Source: Octopus bimaculoides
Lineage: Eukaryota
Direction of reading: 5' to 3'
DNA length: 64,000 bases
NCBI RefSeq assembly: GCF_001194135.2
Contig: NC_068998.1
Location: forward strand, 49,857,753 to 49,921,752
Position 1 is the first letter of the stretch. The number at the start of each line of letters is the position of its first letter. The position numbers and the translations under genes were made by a program. Below, in pieces: positions 1 through 14,827 of the stretch. The notes under the pieces are model-generated. The model searched no databases. It was not told the origin of the DNA and was given only the letters and a program-made list of their open reading frames with translations.

Positions 1-37
<37 letters not shown>

Positions 38-304
38 TTGTATAGATGAATATATGTACCAGTGTGCCTTTCTGATTGTATTGATTCAGCAACCGGGTTA
101 CACATTGTGCCTTGGTTCAATTGCTTCATTGTCATTAAATCTTTCGGAAAATTAACCAGACGTGAGTGCCATTTTGGAAAATATTTGTTGTGCTAAACGC
201 ATGAAGCCAGTATTAAGGTATGACAACTGTCGAATGAATGAAATAGAGAAGACGATAAAAAAATAAATGACTATTGAAGAAGTAATATGTTCTTCATTTT
301 ATAG

Positions 305-863
305 ATGCTGCGATATCAGAGTTTTGCGAAGATACAGCCAAGGAATTTTGTGACGATGTTATGAAAAGATATCCTATACAAAAAAAGGACAAATACTATT
401 GCAAGTAACTTCGCTTTCATTATTATCATTATTTTTATTAATATTTTGTAATAATAGAATTTATAAACGTATATCTTCATCATAAATGAGAAATACATGC
501 TAAATAACCAACAGTGGATAAAGAACGTATGTGTATACTGTGTGTAAAACCGAACGGGAGACATACAAACATGCTTGCTAATTCTTCAAAAGGTAACACA
601 TCCCCATATGTTCTATTTATCAACCACAACTCAGGGAAGTACTTATTCTTATCACTAATGGTGCGAAACTGAGTATTAAAACATTCGTTGATAACTGATG
701 AAGAATTAGGGACACTCTCTGTGTGTTTTCCGTCCCGCTGTACACTCAGTACAACAATATGTATTTTATACGTCGTTGTTTATTTTAAATGCATCTTTTC
801 CTTTATTATGTAATAGGATGCAAGACACTCTATATTCTTATTAGATGTTTATATACATGCATA

Positions 864-895
<32 letters not shown>

Positions 896-2008
896 NNNNN
901 NNNNNNNNNNNNNNNNNNNNNNNNNNNNNNNNNNNNNNNNNNNNNNNNNNNNNNNNNNNNNNNNNNNNNNNNNNNNNNNNNNNNNNNNGAAAGAAACAGT
1001 TTACCATTGTGGAATTTCAACACAGGACATAAAATGACGAAAATTCTGCTAGGCATTTTGTCCAGTGTGCAAACCATAGGAGAAATAAGACGAGTTATTT
1101 TTAATTCGAAGTTGTTGAATCCACACCATGAGAATGAATAAATAATCCGAAAGCAAACCATGCACAACGTTACAAACCATGTTAAAATGTACCGTATAAA
1201 AAGTATGATTTCGAAATTGTATTATTAAAAGTAAATAAATGCGATTTTATATTAGATTAGCTAAATAAATGTATCGAATAATATTTCTTGACATATATTA
1301 TATTTTTGCTCTTAGTCGCATAAAATTGTTCAAGGACTGTTTTAAAGGAACGTTCAAGGAATGTGCAGATTTCTTCGCGAGCACATTTAAGAATAAAAAA
1401 TGTGGTATGATATTTTCATTAAATATTTTAGTTTTGTGAGAAATAACGTTTCAACAGTTTGAATCTTATACAATAATTGTTTTGAACTGAAATTTCTGAA
1501 CATATATTCCAATGAACTTCTATCTTCATTGAATGAAATTATTATCTTCGATGAAATAGATTTTACTAATATTATTCTTATCATTTAATAATTCTCATTC
1601 CGTTAAGCATAACAATAATCATTGTCTATCTTGCGAGTGCGCTAATATATGAATTGAATGTAATTGTAAGTATTTATAATGGTATTAATTATAAAGTTAA
1701 ACTTGTTAAGTCGAATTAATTGTTAAAGTTGAATCTGTTGTTAATTTGCAAATCCATATAAGTTGATGACAGTGAAATTAAAATAATAAATAATCACATT
1801 ATGTGTTTTTTTTTTCTTACATGAGAGTTTTATTAACAGTTGTTTGTAAGCCAATAAATGTAAATGGTAAAATTCAAAAGGTAAGAGGTACGGATATTTT
1901 CTATTTACTCTAGCTCAAACAATTGCTAAACAAAATGCTCCCTCTTCGACCCGCCTTGAGTCATTACGGATCCTATTATTGCTTCTAATAATATCGGTAT
2001 TGTTATGA
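305..2008 (+). CDS. Six-Cys GPI-type surface protein, copy A1 (5'-partial). Exons 305-404, 1316-1404, 1914-2008. Protein xAAISEFCEDTAKEFCDDVMKRYPIQKKDKYYCNRIKLFKDCFKGTFKECADFFASTFKNKKCAQTIAKQNAPSSTRLESLRILLLLLIISVLL*
   Basis: AG/GT boundaries (atag|ATGCTG...TGCAA|gtaact; cttag|TCGC...TGTG|gtatga; tctag|CTCAA...TGA) join in frame, with exon sizes 100/89/95 as in paralogs A2 and A3. AATAAA at 2060-2065. Exon 1 probably lies just upstream of the window, since the (TA)n(TG)n at 1-40 resembles the intron-1 microsatellite of A3. Confidence 0.88.
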
Positions 2009-2803
2009 TGGAATGCCGTCTCAGCTGCTACTTATGTATTTCACGTAAGAATATTCATGAATAAAAGTTGATTTCAAATTCTGTATAGTTTCTTGCTTGC
2101 ACAACGTGCCAAATATTTAAATTTCAGTTGAAAAATGGAGTAATCTGAGACACATTACTTGCACTAAATTATCCTTCCAATAACTGTTAACTAAAATTAC
2201 AATTGCAGTGTAATGTGGCTGTAACGTCTTTGAGTATTAATTTTATATCACTGACACGAATTTTTAGTCCGACACGAAAGGCTACTATATAACAGTAAAA
2301 TCCTATTGTGGCGTATGTCTCAGAATTGACAATTTATATTTTAGGATATGTCTAAAATGTTGCTTCTATGTAGCTACATTGGCCCACAAAAGTGTCTATG
2401 ATATGTTATATCTTATATTTTGTAGGTTTTTTGTATATAATTATATATATGTATGTATGTATGTATATATATATACATATGTATATTTTGTATNNNNNNN
2501 NNNNNNNNNNNNNNNNNNNNNNNNNNNNNNNNNNNNNNNNNNNNNNNNNNNNNNNNNNNNNNNNNNNNNNNNNNNNNNNNNNNNNNNNNNNNNNNNNNNN
2601 NNNNNNNNNNNNNNNNNNNNNNNNNNNNNNNNNNNNNNNNNNNNNNNNNNNNNNNNNNNNNNNNNNNNNNNNNNNNNNNNNNNNNNNNNNNNNNNNNNNN
2701 NNNNNNNNNNNNNNNNNNNNNNNNNNNNNNNNNNNNNNNNNNNNNNNNNNNNNNNNNNNNNNNNNNNNNNNNNNNNNNNNNNNNNNNNNNNNNNNNNNNN
2801 NNN

Positions 2804-2837
<34 letters not shown>

Positions 2838-5044
2838 CGAATGTATGTATGTATTTATATACATATATGTTTATACTGAGTTTAAAAAATCCTGTACCTG
2901 TTGAGTTCAGGCTGATCGCTGTGTACGTTCATTTGAGAGATCCCTAAGTAAAAGCTTTTCGTATCTCAGAAAATTTAGTAAAGACACTAAGAATAGCCAA
3001 GTCAGTTGGCAATCAATAGACAATAAACGAATACTCGAACACAGGATAGCTGCGGAAAGAGCTTAGAAATCGAGTAAATACACTTAGAAGACGGAAAAAA
3101 GTGACCACTAAGCCTCTTGAGTGAATCGATGCCAACACTTCTCAAATACCGGCTGAGTAGTAAAAACACTGAAGGAGAATGATACAGAAGTTTAAAATTT
3201 GAGATGGAAAATATGCCAAAGGTAAGGATATAAATATTACCATGAGAAAAGTTAACCGTGCTTATAAATTCTTCAATTTACAAACTGGTGATATTCAGAA
3301 ATTCTGGTTTTAAATCTCACAACGATTTCTGGAAGGGCTTTGCAATATAGGAATCTTACATAAGTATCAAGACAAAGGATACACTCAATAATGCAGAAAG
3401 TACAATACGGGTAGAAGTCAGCACGTATAAACTCATTGCAAGCTTACAGTCGCTATGGAAATTACTGATCTTATTCGCTATGTGTACTTAAATACACATG
3501 CCACTAACATTCCAGTGCGAATGGCAGTTAAAGTTGTGGTTTTGTGACCGATTATACAAAGCTGTTTGAAATGAATTCTCTTTCAGTCAGAATGTATAGG
3601 TTAAAGTAGGAAAGAAGAGGTAAACAATTTGGCAAAGCTCTTAATTTGACTTAGCCATATTAGGAATGGTAGGCAAGTTTATTGGATATCCCAGCAATTG
3701 GAACATCGTGCCGAGCGAATTTTCCATAAGCCGAGTATCCCATCATTAGACAAAGAGTTATAAACAGAAATAGGTTAAACTAACATTGGAATAAAAGTTC
3801 CTCATCAATGATGACTGATGCGGTTCCTTCTATATGTAAAAAAAAAAAAAATAACACTTCGGGTAATCACAAACATTTGGCTAAGGCCCATTACATATAT
3901 GGTGCCGCCACACACATAACCCTTCGCTCTAACTAAATTAATATACACCTTGAAGCTTTTTTTCACAGGTATACACAGACTCTGTAGGACATTCTTGTCC
4001 TCCTACAGGTCTTTGAGAATATATTTTCATTAACTACGGATGCTCAGTTTTAACTCTTAATTTATTTAATTTTACTTTTATTTGTTAAGCTTACACTTCA
4101 TCACGTTTATAATATTGAATGTTAACTTTAGTTTTAAACCCTAAATCTAATCTTTTGTTTACTAAAGCGGCATTTATTTCTAGCATTAACGCAACTAAGA
4201 TTTCCCCAAGTAACCCATCACATCTAATAAAATTGACCACATACACTATGTGACGTATATGAACCTTTTTATGACTGGTTTATTATCTCCACGCACACCC
4301 TGTCCATTCTGTAGGTCTCATGTCTGCCATATTTATCCCTTATCTCTCTGTCTTCACACTTGCGCTACCTTTAACCTTCTGGACAGTAGTAGTCCTCGCC
4401 ATAGTGATAAGGATATAACTAGTCCAAAACTACTATCTACCTATGTTTCTCCTACCACAGTGTACTCCATTCCTGCTCTCATCATTTGTCCACATTTGGA
4501 AATGCTAGCATCCGTTCTCCCTTACTATGGATTACTATGTAACCATTCCCTTCAATCATGCATTTACCTAAGAAATACCAGATCTCATTGGAATTTAATG
4601 GATTTATTTAGATCTCTCTTGCCTCTCTGAATATAAGGAAAGACAAAAGCTATCATTGTTCAGGAATTTTCATTGCACTGCGATATATGTTGAAAATATT
4701 TCAATTTATCACTCTCTCACCGATGATGGAATACGCAGCATATGGAGAATTCGTTCGGCACGACATTCTAATGGCTGAGATATCCCAGAAGCAGCTGTCA
4801 GAGATTATCTCTACCATTCATTATATGACTAAATTAATTTAAATGACCTTGTAAAGTCTTGTCAAATTATTTGCTTCTCCTAAATACTTTAACACGTGCA
4901 TATACACTCTCTCTCTCACACACACACAAGCACATGCACATATGCATACTCATACAGAGATACACTCAAACACACACATAAACGCACATATATACATGCT
5001 CACGCACACAAAACACACACGTTTATCTGCATGTGCATGGGAGA

Positions 5045-5345
5045 TTTTGATATATGTACATGATACTTAGCACATTGACACAGAGGGAAATTATTTTAAT
5101 TGCTATCACAAACATAATTCTTCCAGACATTAAATAACAGGTGCATTTATTAATGGTTATAACATTTTAATGAAGCAAACACCTGTTCCATGCTATGTAA
5201 ATCTAAAGGACAAAGCTGTACGAAGTAGATAGCGCTTCATTAAACATTCAGTATTTCTAACCCCGAATTTCTATTCGCTATTATGATGATATTTCCTTAA
5301 CTTGCCTTCAAAACAGGCAGATAGTTTGTACCTGTGATAATATCA
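5045..5345 (+). promoter_or_regulatory. Conserved non-coding block (putative promoter / 5'UTR exon of A2) with E-box CACCTG at 5180-5185
   Basis: Alignable to 14828-15130 and 32208-32560; its core (aagcaaacacctgtt...acaaagctgtacg.agtaga) matches sequence directly upstream of the B7 ATG. Confidence 0.55.
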
Positions 5346-6125
5346 AACGTTTTGATTACCTGAAAAAAAGACAAGCATCTACAATCTTAATTGCAAGAAA
5401 CTAAGAATATATTTCAGAACGCAATTCCATAAAATATACTACAAACTACACTAATACACTCAGATGTATATAAATTCAACACTAACACGAATGCATCGCA
5501 TCCCGCCCATGACCTGAAATCTCTATGTATACGGTTGGAAAAGGCTTAGCGGTGTATATATATCTACTAAATTTGAAGTGTTATGTATATATATATATAT
5601 ATATATNNNNNNNNNNNNNNNNNNNNNNNNNNNNNNNNNNNNNNNNNNNNNNNNNNNNNNNNNNNNNNNNNNNNNNNNNNNNNNNNNNNNNNNNNNNNNN
5701 NNNNNNNNNNNNNNNNNNNNNNNNNNNNNNNNNNNNNNNNNNNNNNNNNNNNNNNNNNNNNNNNNNNNNNNNNNNNNNNNNNNNNNNNNNNNNNNNNNNN
5801 NNNNNNNNNNNNNNNNNNNNNNNNNNNNNNNNNNNNNNNNNNNNNNNNNNNNNNNNNNNNNNNNNNNNNNNNNNNNNNNNNNNNNNNNNNNNNNNNNNNN
5901 NNNNNNNNNNNNNNNNNNNNNNNNNNNNNNNNNNNNNNNNNNNNNNNNNNNNNNNNNNNNNNNNNNNNNNNNNNNNNNNNNNNNNNNNNNNNNNNNNNNN
6001 NNNNNNNNNNNNNNNNNNNNNNNNNNNNNNNNNNNNNNNNNNNNNNNNNNNNNNNNNNNNNNNNNNNNNNNNNNNNNNNNNNNNNNNNNNNNNNNNNNNN
6101 NNNNNNNNNNNNNNNNNNNNNNNNN

Positions 6126-6170
<45 letters not shown>

Positions 6171-7050
6171 ATAGAAAGTGCTGTTGTTTTATACTTCACT
6201 CAGTTTTCAGAATTAAGATAAATAAAGCCAATTATGTTCAAGCTCGGTGATTGTAGCAGTGGAAAGGACTTCGTAACCATTCCATCGTGTGTGCAATCGT
6301 AATGAGTGAGCTGCATTCATGTTGGATTACTAATAACCATGACCAAGTGAAATATACTGTGTTAAAGCATCGGAGTAAGCCTGTGGCTCTCATCGTAAAT
6401 TTGTGAATCATTCGTAGATGATGCCTTCGCATTTAAAGAGTATTTGTTTCTTAGAATATTTAACGTTTATGGGTGTCGTTTATTTTTATCAAATTACATA
6501 ATATTCCCAAGAGTCATGGGATTAAAACAGCATGACGTGTTTGCAATATGCATCTATAGACAATAAGACATGTTTTAATTGAACAGACATACAATTGTCA
6601 ATAAAGTATATTGGTATCGAAGAAGAAAACAGCTTTTCATGAATAAACGTCAGTTATTGCTAAAGAAAATTGAGTTTCTCCTGACATGTAAGAGTAAACA
6701 TACGCACCTATGTGAAAGAAATGAGATACTTTCGGTGAAATGGATGTAAAATGCAGGTATTTTAATCAAATAATCAGTGTTTATGCGTATTACTACACAT
6801 ACACGCTCACGGGCGCGCGCTCGCGCCCAGACAGAAGCGTACAGTTTTACGTCAGAACGAGATTGGGATCAATATATGTGTCTCGAGAATTATCAGGACA
6901 TTTGCAAGAAAATTCAGTGAAGTCGTTTCTGGTTGATGGAACATCTAAACGTACATTTGCTTAAGCAGATGTGATAATATATAATGAAATCGATATTTGA
7001 AGTAATAATCTATTTAACAATAAGAATATTGTTATAAGTAGGTACGCATC

Positions 7051-7083
<33 letters not shown>

Positions 7084-7560
7084 NNNNNNNNNNNNNNNNN
7101 NNNNNNNNNNNNNNNNNNNNNNNNNNNNNNNNNNNNNNNNNNNNNNNNNNNNNNNNNNNNNNNNNNNNNNNNNNNNNNNNNNNNNNNNNNNNNNNNNNNN
7201 NNNNNNNNNNNNNNNNNNNNNNNNNNNNNNNNNNNNNNNNNNNNNNNNNNNNNNNNNNNNNNNNNNNNNNNNNNNNNNNNNNNNNNNNNNNNNNNNNNNN
7301 NNNNNNNNNNNNNNNNNNNNNNNNNNNNNNNNNNNNNNNNNNNNNNNNNNNNNNNNNNNNNNNNNNNNNNNNNNNNNNNNNNNNNNNNNNNNNNNNNNNN
7401 NNNNNNNNNNNNNNNNNNNNNNNNNNNNNNNNNNNNNNNNNNNNNNNNNNNNNNNNNNNNNNNNNNNNNNNNNNNNNNNNNNNNNNNNNNNNNNNNNNNN
7501 NNNNNNNNNNNNNNNNNNNNNNNNNNNNNNNNNNNNNNNNNNNNNNNNNNNNNNNNNNNN

Positions 7561-7594
<34 letters not shown>

Positions 7595-8368
7595 TTGTCT
7601 TTATATCCACGCTTCCTTCCACACACCGCTTGACAAATGGTGCTTGCGTTTTGGCGATCCGTACAAGAGACTTATACAACAAGTAGCAGTTTTAAAAATC
7701 CCGGGGGCCGCATAGTTTGACTAAAATCCAATCAAGGTGGTACCGCAGCATGACCGAGGTCACATGACTCTAACAATTAACAATAAGAGCTATAGGTAGA
7801 TTCATAGCAGAATTTTACACTTTATGCTCAAAGGGGAACATAACAGAGATGATTTTGTCGAATATATAACGCATGGGGCTCAACTAGACTAGTACTTGTT
7901 TTATCCCAGTCAGTATACTAACTTTCTGGTATAACAGCATGTTATATATTGGTAACATGTAACATTCGGGCGCTATACCATCAATTACAGGTTGTTAGCA
8001 AAAAAATGCCAGAATTTTATACGGTCATATATCTGAGTAATAGTCTCCAATAAAATTACGATTTATTGGATATGAAAATACAAAACAAATAATATACTAG
8101 ATTGTCATGTTATCAATTATAAAGTTTATGCATGTTTACGATTTACAGCACATCCGTCGTTGCGCGGAATTTCTATATTTAAATAGTACACCATACAATT
8201 CCCCTTGTTATTTATCGTTTTGGGATTAGTAAGTAGACAGCTTTTCATTACGTTGTTTTTACATACATTACACAATCACACATACACGCACGCGTACATA
8301 CACAGAAATAAACACAAACGCACTCACACACACTCATACCTCTATATACCCAAATATCTCTCTTTGTA

Positions 8369-8405
<37 letters not shown>

Positions 8406-9863
8406 NNNNNNNNNNNNNNNNNNNNNNNNNNNNNNNNNNNNNNNNNNNNNNNNNNNNNNNNNNNNNNNNNNNNNNNNNNNNNNNNNNNNNNNNNNNNNNN
8501 NNNNNNNNNNNNNNNNNNNNNNNNNNNNNNNNNNNNNNNNNNNNNNNNNNNNNNNNNNNNNNNNNNNNNNNNNNNNNNNNNNNNNNNNNNNNNNNNNNNN
8601 NNNNNNNNNNNNNNNNNNNNNNNNNNNNNNNNNNNNNNNNNNNNNNNNNNNNNNNNNNNNNNNNNNNNNNNNNNNNNNNNNNNNNNNNNNNNNNNNNNNN
8701 NNNNNNNNNNNNNNNNNNNNNNNNNNNNNNNNNNNNNNNNNNNNNNNNNNNNNNNNNNNNNNNNNNNNNNNNNNNNNNNNNNNNNNNNNNNNNNNNNNNN
8801 NNNNNNNNNNNNNNNNNNNNNNNNNNNNNNNNNNNTATATATATGCATAGTAAAGATATATGTACGTTAATGCATGCATACACTCAAAAACTATACTATT
8901 GTCTATTTTGCTGACAGACTTCACTTGATACTATAAATTGAATGCATATGTGGGTGTATCGAATTTTGTGTATATAATTGCGTGCGTAATATATGATATG
9001 TCTATAAAATTATATTTCCATGCATCAAGATGTTTTCAATTTAAAAAAAAGAATTCCAATTAAGAACGGCGTATGTATTGTCCTTCGCTTCTCCATTGTA
9101 ACCATGATTTTAGTTTCTTTGTCGACTTTCTTCTCAGATTTTGTGACTACATCAGTAACTGCCTATCCCACGTACTTCCACTTGTTCTACTTATTCCATT
9201 ATGCCTTTTTGTCGTATTTGTGTGTATATATATGTACCACAGAAAAAAAAAGCAAACAAACTGGAATATGTAGAACAAGACGATACACTTGGGATGCATA
9301 TTCTCGGAAGAGGTCACAGAATTTGTAACGAATAGCTTAGACGAAGGAAGTGAAATACTACTAATAAGGTTGAAGTGAAGAACAAAACTATTGTGCATGT
9401 GTTTACTTCGACACATAGCCCGAGGTATAACAGTATCTGTTACAACAGATTTCTTTTTACCACTAATTATTTACCCTGGATATTCAGGTCTTTTTCCTTT
9501 TACATAAAGTAATTTTTGATTTAAGGATTTCTTCGATTTTTATAATAATATGATTTGAAGCCACAATTGTAATTTCATGCAACCGGTTATTAAAAAGACC
9601 GTTAGTTGAAAGGACCAATGAAACAAAGTCATTTTCAAATCCTTATCTATCTGTATATTTAAGCATATGACCTTATTTTGCTCCTTTCTAAACAAAACTG
9701 TCCGACGAACGGGAACGGGAATCTCTGAGTAACAGATTTTATGATGCTTTCGATGCTTTTTAACGAAGCATGTTACTCTGCTTCCGGCATTCGAGCACTA
9801 TTTTTGCCCCCTTGTTTCGCATTTATGTGCTTACACTGTATGCACGTATCGATAGATACGAAT

Positions 9864-9914
<51 letters not shown>

Positions 9915-10351
9915 CATACATATGGTTCAAAATAAACCATTAAGCGAGTACATAACGTAATATGAAACGTTTTAAATGGGAAGGAAACACACGTGAATGA
10001 ACTCATTAGGTCAAAAGTGTTTTTCACGTATGTTGTGGTACACTGAAGTCTGAGTGCTGCCTCTTGCAGCAGAAGTTACTGCAAGCTAATGAAAGTCAAT
10101 TCTTCGTTTGCCGTTCCTATTTCACGTGTATATATTCACATATATATGCGTTTAAGTGTGTGTGTGTGTGTGAGTGTACTGACTTAAACGTTCGGCGACA
10201 CAAACAGCATATTCTTTGATACCATCAAATTAATATATTTTTCGAAATCATTATTTTCATGAGAGTCATGTTACATCATAAACTTTTTTGCTTTTCTCTA
10301 ATATTTGAATTTCTACTGCAGCTGCGGCATTGATTAGAACAAGATACAGCG

Positions 10352-13300
10352 ATGAAATTTTCAATATGTATACTCCTTCTCATTGTTGGTAAATAGTTAT
10401 TTGTAAATTTCTTTCATAAATCATGTAACATACAATATAATCAATCTTTCGTTATACAGGGGTTGGACAAAATAATGGAAACACCTTAACATATTGAACA
10501 AATTTATTTTCATGTGGTGGGACCGCCTTTGGCAGTAATTACAGCTTCAAGTTTACGTGGTATGGACTCGTACAAAGCTTGAATTGTTTCCAAAGGAATT
10601 TTTGTCCATTCTTCAACTACAGCGGTCTCCAATTCTTGTAGTTATGATAGTGGAGGATATCAACTCCTTACATTTATTTATAAAATCCACCATACAGGTT
10701 CAATAACAGTGAGATCTCGGGACTGTGGTGGCCAGATAAGATGTTCAACTTTACTAGAATCTTCCTCGTGCCATTCAGCTGTGGGAATCGGTGCATTATC
10801 ATCCAGAAAGATTGCGCTTCTCTCCGAAAATGGAAGAGGCTAATTTTACACATATATAAATATACGTACTTTTGTGCCTTGTTGGTCCTGCAGCAGTTCT
10901 ACACCTTCTATTATGGTTCCAATACATCTCCGTAATTTGGTGTTTCGGAAAAAGTGACAACTATTATAACTACCATAATGGAAAATATCATTTGATCCAA
11001 ACCCATCGAGCCAGTTTCCCAATATGACCACACTCCTAAGATTAAAATCTATAAAAATAATTCCTATAAGATATAAATGAATATTGAATAAATAATAAGT
11101 TCTTCAATTCATAGATGCTGCGATGTCAGAGATTTGCTACAAAACAGGCAAGAAATTTTGTACATCTGCTATGAAGAAGTATCCTGTACGTACTCCAGAC
11201 ACCTACTACTGCAAGTAAATGGGATTTAATTACTATGATTAGTGTTATTATATTTAGAAAATTATNNNNNNNNNNNNNNNNNNNNNNNNNNNNNNNNNNN
11301 NNNNNNNNNNNNNNNNNNNNNNNNNNNNNNNNNNNNNNNNNNNNNNNNNNNNNNNNNNNNNNNNNNNNNNNNNNNNNNNNNNNNNNNNNNNNNNNNNNNN
11401 NNNNNNNNNNNNNNNNNNNNNNNNAATTAACTACCAACAAAAATAATTGGTAAGCTAACTTAAACAATCATCACCTAAATAGCAGAAAAAAACGACAGTG
11501 AAGATATGCAGACTCTTCAAGAATCGATCCTTTTGGTAATAATAATAATAAAGGAGTTACGACGCAAAAACGTATAAATTCAAAAGAACATATTTATCTT
11601 CTTCAATATATATTTCAGTATAAAGAATTCATTAAGATGCTTAAATCAAAATTTCTTTACACATCATTCAGGAACAGATATAAATATATAATCATATTTA
11701 TGTGTTAAATATATATGTATTTAAGGCGACGACCTGGCAGGATTGTTAGTACACCGGGCAAGATGCTTCGTGACATTTCCCCCGTTTTTACAGTGTGATA
11801 TCATATGCTGCCGTGGTGGACATTGCGTTTCATTCCTTCGGAGTCGATAAAACAAGTACCAGTTTAACACTGATGTTAGTTTAATTAATTTAGCCCCACA
11901 TCAGATAATGTTGACTTTCTACCAAATTTTGAAATTGACATTTAATAATGTATTTGTAACTATTGATATATTAATATTTGCATACTAATAATTATACACT
12001 CGCTTCAAATTTTGGTAGAATGTCACCAAATTCAGGAGTGACAGAATACTTTAATTACATGAAACCCAGTGTTTGACTGGTTCGTATTTAATCGAGCCCG
12101 AATGTATAAAAGTCGACCTCAACCAAATTTCGCTAATCATTTTTGCCCGAGTGCTAACGATTCTGCCCGGCTGAAGTTATACTCTATATTTCTGAATTGA
12201 TATCTATATATCTTTTTTCAATATATACTATATAATTTACATTTTAAAAGGCGGTGAGCTGGAAGAAACGTTCTCACGCAAGGCAAAGTGCTTTGCAACA
12301 TTTCGTTCGTTTTCGCGTACTGACTTGAAGATTCACTGAGACGCACATTACATTTCGTCCTTTCGGTGTCGAGAAAATAAATACCAGTTATGCACTTGTG
12401 TCGATGTTATCCACTTTTCTTCAGAAAAGGCATGCTTTGTGCCACACTTTGATTTGAACTCAGAAAGTTCAATGCTATGCGTATTCATTTGTGCAATGCT
12501 CATATAACCCTGCAGATATATGACCATGAGGTAAATAAGAGAAATAAATCCTTCTACTTGAGGCATGAGGCCTTAAATTTTCTGAAAGGGAACTTGTCGA
12601 TAACAACGACCCCACGGCTCAAATGAAACTTTTTGGTTCAACGTCGGAAGGTTGAATTACACAGTCAATCCTCGAGATATGCGGACGGCGAAAATGCTGC
12701 TAAGCATTTTGTCCTGCGTGCAAAATATTGTACCAGCTCGCGGCATTAAATAAGAGGAATAATGCGAGTTATTTTAACTTGGAAATTGTTGAATCAACAC
12801 TATTATGATAAATAAAATTCCTCAAACAAACAATGCCCAATGTTGCCATTTATGTTGAAGACGAACAGTATAAATATATGTATTTCATATCATATTATCA
12901 AAAGTAAATATCTCTGATTTTATACTATATTATTTAAATGGTGTATATTGAATAATATTTCCAAACATATATTTTAACTTCTTTTCTAAAATTATTTTTA
13001 CCTCTTAGTCGCATAAAAAAGTTGAAGGAATGTTTTGATGGAAAGTACAATGACTGCACTGATTACTTCACAAACATTTTTCAGAATAAAAAATGTGGTA
13101 TGATATTTTCATTACTTATTATAGTATTGGGAGAAATAATATTTCAACGGATTCAGTCCCATACAATTATTATTTTACACTGAATTTTATTATCCAATAT
13201 TCCAATGAACACGAATTTTCATTGAATGAAAGCATTATCGGTAAAGATATGGGTTTTGTTAACATTATATTTATTATTTAATAATTCTTTTGCGTGTATG

Positions 13301-13866
13301 TATCCATTGAATATAATCTTACGTTTTCATAATGGTATTACCAATACAAGAATTCTATAATTTGAGCTGATCCAGTTATATTATTGTATATTTTGTTTTT
13401 CTAATCCATAAAAGCATAAGAAATGTATCCTACCGAGGACTGGAAAATTAATATAATAAATAGTCGTATCATACATCTTTGTCTTGAAGGCGGAGAGCGG
13501 GCAGGATCGGTAGGAAGCCGGGCGAAATGCCTAACAGTATTTCGTCTCGCTACGTTCTGATTTCAAATTCCGTCGATGCATTAAGTACCAGTTAAACTCT
13601 GGTATTTAATTTAAACAATCGACTGCTCACCTTCTCCAAAATGTCAGGCCTTGGGCCTTTTGTAGAACGGATTAAAATATTTATATTTTTTGAAATAGTT
13701 CTAGGAAGGCTAATGAATATAAAATGTAAAACTCAAAATTATCTGAGTACTGTACTTTCTCTTTACTCTAGAGGAAGTAATTGCTAAACAAAGTGCTCCT
13801 CCTTCACTCCGCCTTGAGTCATCATGCATCCTATTTCTGGTTCTAATGATATCGGTTTTGATGTGA
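10352..13866 (+). CDS. Six-Cys GPI-type surface protein, copy A2 (106 aa). Exons 10352-10388, 11115-11214, 13009-13097, 13772-13866. MKFSICILLLIVDAAMSEICYKTGKKFCTSAMKKYPVRTPDTYYCNRIKKLKECFDGKYNDCTDYFTNIFQNKKCEEVIAKQSAPPSLRLESSCILFLVLMISVLM*
   Basis: Canonical GT-AG introns of phases 1,2,1; open frame from ATG to TGA; hydrophobic N- and C-termini; six Cys with the same spacing as paralogs. Confidence 0.9.
10457..11035 (-). mobile_element. Tc1-like DNA transposon fragment in intron 1 of A2
   Basis: TA|CAGGGGTTGGACAAAATAATGGAAACACC terminal repeat; minus strand gives IFLDDNAPIP and LIWPPQSRDLTVIE (Tc1 DNAP and WPxQSPDLNPIE motifs). Confidence 0.8.
11725..11880 (+). mobile_element. tRNA-derived SINE (ggcgg.gagctggcagaa.cgttag...aaatgcttagcgg.atttcg...gtcgataaaa.aagtaccag family)
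   Basis: Many dispersed similar copies, e.g. 12250-12400, 13489-13680, 49790-50010, 53245-53400, 54795-55100, 59300-59430. Confidence 0.7.
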
Positions 13867-14644
13867 TGGAAAGCCGCGTCTGCTGGTGTTATATATTTCA
13901 CATATGAATATTTATAAATACGTAATCGTTTCAAATTTTCTAATTTCTCACTTGCACAACACATCAAATTTGAGGAACATCAAATGCACTTTATTATCCT
14001 TGAAATATCTGTGCAATAAAATCATAATTTCCGTGTAATTTTTGGTGTAATGTCGTTCTGTTTATATTATTTTTGCATCACTCACTTTGACTGTTAGTCT
14101 GAAACTAATGACTGCAATAACAGTGAAATAAATACTGTAATGCATATCTTAGCAATATATATATATATATATATATANNNNNNNNNNNNNNNNNNNNNNN
14201 NNNNNNNNNNNNNNNNNNNNNNNNNNNNNTATACATATATATCGTTGTTATGCTATTATGTTAATTGTTGAAGGTCGAAATTTGGCCAAATGCGTTTTAT
14301 TCGATATTTATTTTTGCTTGCAATAGTCAGTTCCTTCTGTCAGGCTATCGTATCTACAGATGCTTCAGATGAAAATTGTGAAAATGCAGTACAGCGGTTT
14401 AGTATTTTAAAAATCTCTAGTTGGCCATACGTAGCAACGTTTTCCCAAAACTCTCCACTTAAAATACCATACATCCATGGAGTCATGATTTTACGCCCTC
14501 CCAAATGTGTTATTGTTAACCTGAATCTGTTGCTGATGTAAAAAGAAATGGAATATTGAAAGTACGTTTCCTTTTTCTGACAACCAACGATATAGAATTG
14601 CGACACCTTTGCATAATAGCAACGATATATATATATTTATATAC

Positions 14645-14650
14645 ATGCAT

Positions 14651-14740
<90 letters not shown>
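14645..14740. repeat. (CA)n microsatellite. Other long ones: (GATA)n 9870-9900, (TCTG)n 27708-27785, (TG)n 29130-29232, (TATC)n 38140-38260 and 52345-52405, (ATT)n/(AGT)n 58890-58995
   Basis: Directly visible; nearly all N gaps are flanked by (TA)n. Confidence 0.95.
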
Positions 14741-14749
<9 letters not shown>

Positions 14750-14827
14750 CAGAAATCCACAAACACATACGCACACATATATACACACTCTCACACACAC
14801 GTATATTTACATGTGTGCATCTGTGCC

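Noticed and set aside
54-161. Candidate exon 1 for A1 (MYQCAFLIV...) or a donor at 162
   Set aside because: The length, phase and sequence do not fit the invariant 37-nt exon 1, which probably lies upstream of the window.
14290-14541. 83-aa ORF with a signal-peptide-like start (MRFIRYLFLLAIVSSFCQA)
   Set aside because: No paralog, family motif or splice support; hydrophobic starts are common by chance in AT-rich DNA.
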